From IMG/VR virus record IMGVR_UViG_3300037861_000188, positions 1-57,671 of that record: 57,671 nt of DNA; one strand, 5' to 3'. Under the pieces are notes generated by a model. It made no database searches and was not told the DNA's origin. It was given only the letters and a program-made list of their open reading frames with translations. The position numbers and the translations under genes were made by a program. The stretch comes from a virus (Duplodnaviria > Caudoviricetes). Position 1 is the first letter of the stretch. Each line of letters opens with the position of its first letter. Below, in pieces: positions 19,589 to 31,500 of this stretch.

Positions 19589-22500
19589 CTACTTCATGTT
19601 CAGGATTTCTTTGATTGGGTTGGGTCTGTTTTTGTACATCACCTCTCCGTATTCCCTGTTAAATCCTCTCATTATTTTGGTTCGATCTTCATAGAGTTTT
19701 TCAATATCATCTTTATAAAGCTCCTTATCTGCGGATTTCATCTCCCCAATAATCTTGTTTAGATCCTTTACCAGCCTCTCATAGCCTTTGTATGTTTCCG
19801 ACAATCCAATCAATCCTTTGTTTTTATCATAGAATTTGGCTGCATCTTCGCTCAATCCTGCTTCCTGCATCTTTTCAAATGCTTCCACTGCGGTAATAGC
19901 CTTGTCTCTGTTTTCGTAGAAACTTGCTCGTGCTTCAAAGTCTGAACCTGTTTTTTGCACAAACGAACGGACAAAAGGAACCTTTCTGATAAATGGGTCT
20001 TCGAGAATATTCTCTCCGGAGATCACCTCAGCTACGGTGGTAGCGATGTTCTTGGTAAACTGAACAGGGCCGCCCAAATACTGCTCCATGCCATATTCCA
20101 GCCATTCAGGATTTATATCAATTTTCCCTGATACCACTTCATTTCCTCCACTTATCTTGTTCATGAACGTAGTGGACTCCTTGATAAATGGATTCACCCC
20201 TTCAAAATACATTTGACTGTCCGGTAGCTTAAACTGATTAGTGGTGAAGTTCTCTCGGTAGATTGGACTTCCTGCAAAGTTTCTGTTAAATCCAAGGTCT
20301 GCCAGTGGCTGAATTACGGAAGGTGAAGCAAGCATCATCGCCTGTTGGAATCCGTTTTGGTCGGAAGTAAAGTCATATCCTCCGATAGGTGAAAACACGT
20401 TTGTCGATGCGCCTAACATTCCCATAGCCTCCTTTTCAATATCGGATTTACCCATCATTGTTCTGCCTATGGACTCTCCAAAAGCATAAAATATGTTCAG
20501 TCCATAGGGCAAAGGAATCTTGATATAGTCTCCAGGAGTATCACTGAATAGATTTGGAAGGATTACATGGTTTTTCCGCACGTAGTCAGGAATCTTCTCG
20601 TAGTAGCTTCTTCCATCTTCATCCTCCTCATCCAGCATTCCCAACAAAAGAGACTGCATCATTCCTGCCGCCATTATTCCTCCGGCATATCCCAAGGCTT
20701 TTTTGGCTGTCTTTGGATTGGTGAAGCTTCTGGCCAATCGCTCTGTACCCTGAACCGAAGCATTGAAGAAAATAAAGATTGTACCCATCACTCCGGATGA
20801 TCGGCCTTTCCGGTTGAAGTTTACCGTCAGGTCCTTGGCTTTCGCTGCGGATTGCTGCTTACTCATTCCCTCATCTCGTAGGGTTTTGTAGTAGCTGAAT
20901 CGCATTGAGTTTTCCATGGTCTTGTTGTAAATCTCCAATCCCTGCCCGAATAGCTGTATTGGCTTGATTGCTGCGTTTCCTCCTCTTCTCCAAATCCCTT
21001 CCTTATCTGCCTTGTCAATCTCTTTTTTGGTCTGTGCAAAAACTTCTGCTGCGGTTTGAAGGTCAGTATATCCTGTCAATGCGCCCTCTTCCATAAATTC
21101 CCTGAGCATTTGCCCGTCTTTTCCTGCCGGGTACTCATCGTTTTTCAGAAATTTACCCAAGGTGATAGCGGACTTGCCCATTTTGCCAATGGTTTTTCTG
21201 GCTATGGTGGCATCCTGCTCTACCAAGATATTGAACGTACCAAAACCCACGTCACGAATTAAGTTTCTGATTCCGAATTCGGGGTTATACTGCGTGTACA
21301 TGGAGGATAGCCATCGGGTGTATGGGCGAAGCTTTTCGAAGAATCCCGGTACCTGATCCTGATTCATGTTCTTGATTGTAGGAACAATGCCGTATTTGGC
21401 TGCTTTAGGGTCGTTGTAGTTCACATCCTTGAACTCGATGAATACTTTCTTACCTTTTACCATTACGTCCAATACCGCAACCTGATCACCCTGCTGCTGC
21501 ACATGGCGATGAACTGCCGGGTCAAAACTTCGTATGGCATCACCATTGGCCAACTGTCCGGCTGTGGGCTTATTCATGGTTTCAATCCAAATATCATTTC
21601 CGTTTTCGTCTTGCATTTTGGTGTTTAAATAAAAGGCATTTCGAATAAAGTAATTGCCTGGAGAAACATTTTCCTTGACAAATTCCAGTACGGATTGTTT
21701 GGTTCGGTTCTTTTCCCCTCGCATGATTGATTCTTGCGCTGCTGTAAACAGGAACGGCAATGGATCTGCAGACTCGGAGGTTCTGCCCTTGGCACTCATC
21801 AGCAAAGTGTAAACCTTGTCATTGGTGCTTTCCATGCCACTCCAATCGGTCAACGGAACGTAATTCTCATATCGGGTCATCAGATCATCAAAGGTTTCCT
21901 TGGTGATCATTCCTGACTCATAGCGTTCCATGCTGGTGAAGTGGGAAATCGCCCGTACCTGCTGATTGAGCTGATCGATCATAGCCTTGTCCACGGAGGT
22001 TTCAAATGCTGCGATTCCGTCTGCGGCTTCTTCATCGGTCATTCCTGTAGGCCATCTGTCGTCTATTGGTACCGCTTTGCCTAATTGGGCATATTCATCC
22101 ATGAAATAAGCTTTTCGCTCGGCATGGTGCTTAAATTTGATATAATTGGAGATATCCTCTGAAGCTAATCCTGTGTCGTTATGGATCTTGTTGGCTGTTT
22201 TTATCAATGGCTTCCAGAGGTCTTTTATGAAAACCCGTGCCTTTTCCAGAGTTTTTCCTGAAGCAAGGTTTTCTTTGGTGTAGAAATCCGCTGCGTCTGA
22301 TACGTTTCCTCCTGTCTTTGATTGAATAAGCTTCTTGGATCGGATCATCCGGTCCTGAAGTGGCTCGATTACCTTTCGCTCAAACCAAGATAGCTTGGCC
22401 TCATTGAAGTTTCTGACATTGATTGCGGTGAAATCCGGTTCGGTAGATCCTACTCTCATAAACCGGATATCGCTGTTCTCCCCGTCAAAGGCTCCGGAGT

Positions 22501-25500
22501 TGTCGGTTGCGGATTTTATTTGAGTGGGGGAGAATACTGCGTAAACCACTGCTGGTTTTGAATTTTCATTGTTATTGTAATTGTCCCTTACATTTTTAAC
22601 AATAAGTGAGTCATACCCGTTTTTTTGCGCATATTCTACGAGATTTCTAGTCCCTTTTATTTTTTCTCCATTTATTTCTGTTTCAAATTTCCTCCATTCG
22701 GCTCCTCTAGCGTTAATTTCTAGTGGGTTTACAGCAGAAATGTATGTTGAAACGACTTCTTCTGTTGCTCCTTGATAGTCAAATGCTCTTTTAGGATCGG
22801 CATACGATTTGGCTTTAGATATTGAGTCAGTGAAGAAATAAGCTGGACTTTCATCGCTGCCAAAAAACGATTCATTCCTAGTTTTGAAGGTGTATGATTC
22901 CTTAAATTCTCTTGAATCTGGCATACCATGATAAACCACCAAAGGTTCTCCGTTGCTGTCCACTACCTTGCTGTCTCCAAACCATTTCTTGAATGCTGCG
23001 GACTGCGTTTGGGGTTGGGTCATGCTCATAGCCGGACCGCTTGCATTCTCCAGGAATATCTGATCTTCTCGGGAAACATCCTCGGTGGATTGAAGGGTTT
23101 GAGTTCTTCGCTCTTCTAGGGATAGGTTCGCTCTTGATTCTACGTTACGGGATTCGACTTCTCCGGCTATCCTCTGGTATAATCTAAATGCCTTTTGAAA
23201 ATCGTAAGTATTGCTTTCAAGGTCTTTAATTTGATTATTAATTCCTTGCCATTCTCTCAAAAGGTTTCTGCTTTCTTCCGTTTGGCCTTTGTACCTCTTG
23301 GCAAATGCTCTATCCTCCCATCTATTATAGATAATTTTATATTCTGATTTTAATGTTTTTATTTTTTCATTTAGCTCTTCACGGGTTTTAACTCCTGCTG
23401 CGCTTAATTTTTCTCTAAGTGCCACATCATTAATATTTCCACCGCTAGCAAATCCTTCTTTTTGCTGAATAGCGTGCTGAATCTCATGAAGCAGAGTGCT
23501 CAATATCTGCTTGTCGTTTTGGTGTTTGTCAGGATTAATTGTTATCTGTCCAAAACCTCCGTCACCTTTTAGTTTATTAAAACTTCCATACGACCCTGAT
23601 TTAGTGTCCATAACAACCTTTATCCACCTTAGTGCTGGGTACGCCTTGAACAGCTTGTTGTCATTTACAAATTCAACTAAATCAACACCGTTTTTCGTTC
23701 TTGCTTTTTCCGATGCTTTTAGTCTGTTGTCAATATTTTCAACAAAATCAATATCCTCAACCTCATACCTCCATTTTCCGTCTGCGCCTTTTTCCCATCC
23801 TGTCGCTATTTTAATTTGTGCTTCAGGACTGACACTAACAGTATGAAATTTATCCGCTTTGGCTTTTTGCCCGTTTTGCTCTATGATTTTATTTTCAGGC
23901 AAGGCCATGTAGTCATAAGCCTCATTTTGACTTGGAAATTCTATTCTTATATCTGTAACAGTAGTAAAATCTTCAATAAACCACTTTTCTTTTAATCCTG
24001 CTGCTTCCATTTCCCTTGCCACTCCAAGGTTATCTATTCGGATGGTGGCTTCTTCCTGCTTATCAAGTTTTCTGGCTCCCTGCTCTCCGATAATCATCTC
24101 TCTTGGAAGATTGGTCTGATCTATCCCCTCCCGAACCATCATACTGCCGTTTGGCCCCATCACAATCCTTCTGGAATTCCCTAGCATAGCTCTGATCTCT
24201 GAATCGGATAAACCTAATGTAATGCCCAAGTCACGTAGTATCTGTCGGAACTTTGTGATAGCTCGGTCTATCCACTGGTCCTGAACTCCGTCTTCTGCTA
24301 ATTTCGCTAGGTATTCATCACCAATGATTGTCTGCTCATTGGCCGATAGCTCCGAAGGTTTCTTTCCAAAGTATCGCTGTGAGATATCCGCAAGCACTGG
24401 ATCCGCTTTTTTGGCATCAAATACCTGCTGCATGAATGCTACATAGGAATCCACATACTTCTTTCGGTCTCCCTTGGCTTGCTGCTTGAGGAATTCACGG
24501 ACTCCGTAATGACCAATCACCTCATGGAGGATGGCTTTTTCTACGGCTCCCTTGCCTGATAGGTAGGAATGCGAAGCGATCAACACGGCTTTTGGTTCGC
24601 CTGTGGTCGCATCCTTGATAAATAGTGCCGGAACTTGGTTTATATCTTCCTCGCTGTACTGCTGCTCAAGCTCTGGGAATCTCTCCATGGCTTCTTTGCT
24701 GTTATTCAATACCACAATCTCGGGTGCATTGTTCCAGTTCTCGGTGAACTTGGCTGCTTTGTCGGTGATATCCTGCGCTTTCTTGGTGGGCTTCTGTTCT
24801 CCGTCTAGGATTCTGTTGAGGTCGGAGGCTGTGGAAGGTTTGGAGAATCGAACATCGTCCGGGTTGGCTTGGCCTTGCGAACCTTTCTGGATAAACTTGT
24901 CAGCTCCTTCTTTGCTCTTGAATCTGAATGCTTTGGAGTATCTATCGTAGAACCCGTCCATGGATTCAGCCAATACCTTTAATTCTTGGTAGTTCCCAAG
25001 ACTTTTAGTCATTTCGACCAAATGGAGTGGTGCGCCTGTTTTAGTGTGCTTTCCCTCCTTGTAGAGTAAATCTCCTATTTCTGCTTTTTCAGTAATTTCT
25101 TTGACTGCCTTCTCCTTCTTTGGTGCATCCTCTTCTTCAGTGATTCCTGCGAGCTGGTCAATGATCTGCTTTTTGTCCTGCACCTCTATTCGGGAAGGCA
25201 TTTCAACAAATTCAATCGCCTCAAATAATTCCTCTATGGTCTTTGCTCTGCGAAGATCAATAGACTCAGTGCCCATGTTTTCAACTTCTCTAGGATCTGA
25301 TGGCTTCTCAATCTTGTCAAAGATCAATATTCGGGTGTTTACCTTAGTTCCTGCCTGTTCAAAAGTTGATCCAGGAAGTAATATCTCTCCTCTTAGGTAG
25401 ATATTCTTAGCCTCTTTGGATTCCATAAACGCCTCTACTCGCTTGTCCATTGCTCCAACGGGAACCAAGGCCACCACTCGTCCACCATCATACAAATGTT

Positions 25501-28500
25501 TGATGGCTTTTTCTACGTGATCCATGGCTGTTTTTCCTGCAGAACCAAACGGAGGATTCATTGCTACTCCATGAAACTTGTTGATGATGTTGAAATCCTC
25601 AAACCTCATGTTCATTGAATTTGCTCCCGAAGCAACAATGGAAGCTTTGGTAAATAGCTTCATGCTCTCTTCAATGATCGTCCGGTTACTGCTTCCTGGG
25701 AACCACATGGCGATTGCTCCTTTTCCTACTGAAGGCTCCAATACTTTTTCCATTGGCTCCAATCCTAGAAACTCAACCATTTTCTGACCTACTGGCTCCG
25801 GGGTAGCGTAGAAATCCACGCCTTCTCGCTCGTCTCTCCGTCCTCTGGTCTTTTGGTTGGACTGATAGTATAGGATTGCTTTTCTGTACTGGCTTCGTTC
25901 CTCGGATATACGCTTGTCCAATTCCTTGCCTCCAATACCCTGCTCTTGGTTTGGCGCATCGTCTGTGGCTGCCTGTACTCCTGCGATAAATGAATTGATC
26001 AAGTCTCTTGATCCGTCACCCATGGCAAGATTTTCCGTAGTGGAAAGTTTTGTATTGATATTGCTTGCAAAGTGCATGATCTCGAAATCAAGACCCATAA
26101 CAGGGTATTCATAGACTGCATTGGAAGAAACACCTATACGATATATCCTACCTTCGATTTGCAGGGCTGTGGTACTGCTTCTGGGCATGGATAGGGACAC
26201 AAGAACCCGTTGCTCTGTTCCGCTTGTGTCGTGTAAAGAAATACCTTCCTTTCCTGATTCTTCTTGAACCATGATGATCTTTACCGGACCGCCTACTTCA
26301 TTGAAATCTGTTACATTTACACCTGACTCCTTGTCTTTTTTAGAAGTTTTCCCGTTTTGGAATCTGATCTGTTCTCCAAATGCTTCTGCAAACTGCTCTA
26401 CTGCTGAACGGTAGTCCAATCCCTTTTCCCATTGAAATAAGTCGTCATACTGTTCTCTGAAATCCGCTACCTGTTGTAAAGCTAATTTAGCTTTCTCTAT
26501 TGTTTTATCATCGTTTCCTTCCTGACTTAAAATAGCTATCGCATTAAGCATCGTTTCATTGGCAATCTTAAAAAACGGTGGTTCAATGTTGGCTTGTTGC
26601 CTTCTGTGGAACATCACTATTTTTCTGCCCATTTTGATATGTTCCTTCATTCTAGGAATCATCAAAGTGGCTTTCATACTCTCAAGTAGCTGTGTAGTGT
26701 AGTTGGTATTGAAAAATGTGTTTGTGGCTGCCTTGCTCAATGCTTCAAATCCTGAATCCTTTGTTCGGATTGCTTCAAGTGCTTCATTGAATCGTTCGCT
26801 TTTTTCTCCAGTAAGGATTGGGAAATCCCTTCTGTAATCCATATCAGATTCAATCGCACGGCCTGACATTACACCATCTTGTACTAGCTTGGCATTGAAT
26901 GCAATTTCCTGCATGGATATGGCATCCAAATTAGGCTTCCCTTTTAATTGAAGCTGATTCGTTTTCCATTCGTATTTACTGCCAAAATTATCCAGAAAGA
27001 ATTGGCCTTCTGGATCAACACGGCTCATGCCTTGTGATTTAGGGATGAATGTGGTTTCTGTTCCCCAATCGAATAAGACTCCGTTGGCATAGCGTAGGTT
27101 CATGATAGTCTTAAACGGTGTAGCGGAAAGGAATACTATTTTGGTTTTTCCTACTACCTCGGCTGCTCTTTTTTCTAAAACAGGGGTAATCCTCTTAATT
27201 TCCTGTTCTACCTCTTTTTGCTCTTTTCTTGCCTCTTCAAGTCGTACTGCAACATCTAAATTATTTGGGCTGTCAGTAAGCCATTTTTCAGAAGAATTAA
27301 TTTGATCATATAAAGCTTTGCTCTTAGCCCATAAACCCGTAGCATCCTTTAACCTTTTAAGCGCATTGTTTTTAGAGGTGTTGGAATTCATGTAATGCGA
27401 ACGGGTGGTGCTGGACTCTTTGGCGTTCTTGTCCTCCATCAGTCTATGAGACTCGTCATAGACAATCAAATCAAAGTCTCGCTCATACAAGGCTTTGTTT
27501 GCCCTGAATGTGGCAAAAGTGGTTACGCTAACGCCCTTACCTGCATCTTTGGTGTTTTTGATTTTGGTTGCATTCATGCCAAGATTTTTTGCATCTTTTA
27601 CCCAGTCCGATACTTTGGTTTGGGATGGCGTGATAATCAAAATATTTTTCTTGCCTTCCTTTAGGAATCGCTTTACAATACCAAGTCCGGTGTAGGTTTT
27701 ACCCGTTCCTGTTCCGTTGGTGAATAAATATCCTTTTCCGTTGGCTTTCTTGGGATCGGATGAATCAGGGCCAAAGAATCTGTTTTCTGCCTTAAATACA
27801 TCTTCCTGCTGCTCTGGTAATAGGAAAGGCAATGTCTCTCGAATGTTGTCAAGATCCCCAACTTTGCCGGGAATAGATTCTGCCGCCTGTTGAAGTTTTA
27901 GCCTTTTTGCTGTCTTATTTGCAAAAGATTCAATTTGCTTCTGAGTGTCCTGATCAATGTCATTGTCTCCTGTTTGTCCAGCATCATTTCCCGTTGGGCT
28001 GTCAAGGCTGTTTCCTCTGCCGTCAACAAGTCCGGTACTTGGTTTCTTTCCGTCTGATCTGGATTCGTTTGGAAATAAGTCGATAATGCCTCCCTTTCCG
28101 CTAGGATTGGAAGATAAGCCACTATTGCCCTTGCTACCTGGTCGCTTCCTGTTTCCTTTTTTACCTCCGCCCTCATTTTTCGTTCCAGTATCTCGTTCAT
28201 TTCCTCTGTCGCTTGGAATAGACTCGTTGTCTCCTTGTACTGGAGCTTCACCGTCTTGCTGATCTTGTTCGCTAGTTCCTGGTCTATCAGATACATCTTC
28301 TTGATTGTTTGTAAGTTGTTTGACAAAATTATCAATATCAAAGTCATCCACCTCATCAGTTGGGGTCATTTCTTTTGAAATGCCTTCTCGCTTGAAGTCT
28401 GGATCTCTTTTTAGCTGCTCATAGAATCCGGATAGATAAGGAGCAATCCCTTGTCCGAAGTCCTCAACCATTACCCTGACGAAATCAGCGAACTTCCTAG

Positions 28501-31500
28501 AACCTGCTTCAAGGTGATAGGCACTGTATTTAAGTGCTGCTGCTGAAATCTCTGAATCAAGACCAATGTAAAGTTTCCCTCCCTTGCCTTTGAAGAAGTC
28601 TTGAAGCTTTTTCTTTGCATCCTCTACTTCTTTTTCAGTTACAAGCTTATTGGACTTTCCGTAATTGGAAGGTCTTTCAATTGGTTTTCTTGGGGCTTTT
28701 GGAGGTGCCTGATTGGATTTTTTAAAATTTATGGCATCTTCTTTAAATTTAATGAAATCTTCTGCCGTCTGAAATGATTTGGGTAATACTATGTCAGGGT
28801 TGTCAGAATAAACTACTTTAGTCTCTATGCCTATGTTTGTTTCTTGCCTAAACTTATACTCTGTTCCAATTTCAGTCTCCTTTTTGGAAATAAGTTTTAC
28901 ATTTGAAGCATACGGCAATTTGCCTGTTTTATTTGGTTTGGCAGGTTCCTGTACTGGTGGTTCATTTGGTTGGGGTTGGTTTTTCCTATTTGATATAATT
29001 AAATCAATAGCGGTAATAGCGTCTTTTAGTTCTTCAAACACTCCTTGATCTTCTTCCTTGTATTTACCCAAATCAGATTCAAGTTCTTTTTTAACTTTTT
29101 CTAGTTTTTCAGTAGAATCTTCTTTTTTAACTCCTATTAGGAAAGGATTATCATTTAAAATAGATTCTATTGGATCGGACTTTTCAACATTCAGAAAATC
29201 ACCTGTCTTTTTCTGTACTTCATTTGCAAAATCAATAGCTTCTTTTTCACTATTGAAATAAACAAACCCGTTTTTATCAACATTTTCATTGTTGATTAGA
29301 TTTTGCCCTACATTTACTTTGTGTGTCGGGAATCTTACCTGAACCGCTCCATCAGCTCCTTGACCAACGGGTTTTTCTGGTACATTTTTAGGAGTAGGCT
29401 GTTGCGCTGATCCAGTGACAGGCTTGGCTGGTTGTAGTGGCGCATCTGGGGATTGAGGTGTAATCGCTCCGGTAGCTGGTTCATTCTGGCTGTTTTCAAA
29501 TCTATCTAGTCTTGACTCAATTTGGTTGCCTATTCTCTGAGGCATTCCAGTAGGGAATTTAAGAACTTCATCTAATATACTCTGAATCTCTTCACTTCCA
29601 TTGTAATCTTGGCCTATAACCTCCCTGATCTCACTAATCATCCGATTATAAGTCTCAGTACCGATTAAGTTTTTAATGTCTACTAGGTTTTTTTCAGCTA
29701 ACTCTTTAGCATATCTGTTTCGGATCTCTGTTATCTTTTTGTCTGCTTTTGAGAAAACTCCTGATATTCCTTTTAGTAAATAATCTGTACTTAAAATTGT
29801 GCCTATTCCTCCGGTCAATAAGTAGTCTGCCGCAATAGTATTATCAACGGTGCTTTCCTGAGCTCCGGTAGGTGGGTTATTCTGGATTACTTCTTCTTTG
29901 TTCCCTTCTTGGGTACGCAATTCGGCACCTTCCTGCCCCCTTTGTCCTTCATCCCTATTGCCTGGTAGCCCTTCCAGCACGGGTCTTTCTTCGCTGATTT
30001 TTTCATCTTGTTGTGGTTTAGGTGTTATATCCTCTTTCGGAGTAAACATACCCCGAAGCTTTTCTGCTCCTTCATTAGCCTGTGGTGCTGCCTCGGCTTG
30101 CTGTGGCTGTCTGAACTGTTGGAAGTCTGCAACGGGAATCGTTTCAAAAATAGTCCCGTCCTCATTCTCCAACTGAACGATTCCTTCCTCTAGGTTTACG
30201 CTTGAAACTGAAAACTCTTGACCATCTATGGGGATTTTCTCCCCTATCTGAATAGGGTTTGCAGGATCGAATACCTGAGTTTGTTCTGGAACAGGGCCGA
30301 AAGTCTCGATAAACTGATCAAATGGCATTGTCTCCTGCTCGGAAAGTCCTAGGCTTGATACCACTTTCTTTTCCTCTCCGGGCTTCTGTATGACTGCGTT
30401 TCCGTCAGGGAACATTGCTGTGACAAATACCTTTTCTCCGTTGAATTGAGCTGCTGAGATCATTTGAACTCCGTCCTGACCTTGGAAGGTCATCGCCTGA
30501 TATTCACCTCTGATCGTGTCGCTCTCCTGATTGGCTGATTGTGTCGCTGCTTCGTTGGCTCTATTCTCCTGAAGTGCTTGTCCCTGATACTTGCCTTTCA
30601 AAAGCTCTGTAAATGTTTCAGGCTTGATTTGGAAAACCCTATTAATGTCATTTTCTGAGACGGTTGTCGTTGTCCCGTTTGCCCGAATAGCATTATAGAA
30701 CATTTCTTGCCCGATTGTTCCTTCAACAGATCCGGAAGGTGTTGCCTGTTGTCCTGTTTTAGGTTTTGATTTTGCGGGGCCAACGATTTCTACTGCCCCG
30801 CTGTTGTCTGCCATCTCCGCAAATACAAGAGTTTCTGCAGCACTTCTTCGCTGTTGGTTTTCAATTCTGTTTGCAGCGAAAGAAACAGGACCAATCGCAA
30901 CTCCCATTACTCCTCCCAATACAAAAGCTTCTCCTGATTCTTTCAGGATTTCAATCGGCTTTTTCCAATCCTTTCTTTCCTGAAACAAGTAATTCGAAAA
31001 TTCCTGTCCAAAAGTGGTTGCTCCTTCGGTAGATCCTTCAATGACAAATCCCCTCCCTGCTGATTTCAGCACTCCCTCAACCAATGTGGCTCTGGATTGA
31101 CTTGAATTGGCAAAATCTGTAATTAGGTCTTTGGCTGTTTTTTCAACTACGGGACCAGCACCCATGACGTCTATTACTGATTTAGAAAGTTTCGCCTGTA
31201 CTGACGCTGGTATGAATTTGGATAATGCAAATCTTTCCATTCCAAATTCAAGACTTCCATACAATGCGCCCATTCCAAGTCTTGCGAGTGGGTCAGACTC
31301 TTGGCCCTTATCTTTCTTGTACTCGTCATAAGTTTCAATTCCAGAACCGAACGATACGGCTGATAATCCTACAACATTTGCCAAGCCTATTGCCCCTGCT
31401 ACCGGTGCGGATATAGGCTTTGTCACTACTGCTGCCAAAATACCTGCTGTATAGGGGACAACGGATCCTATTTTATATCCCCAAGATTCTGTGTCTCTGG

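Noticed and set aside
30749-30758. AACAGGACAA inside the giant gene (also AACAGGACA at 41146-41154)
   Set aside because: Deep in coding sequence with no nearby ATG; treated as chance, not counted as sRNA targets.
30598-30783. Third nested ORF in the giant gene
   Set aside because: Non-ATG start and no recognisable motif; the main frame looks structured over part of it.
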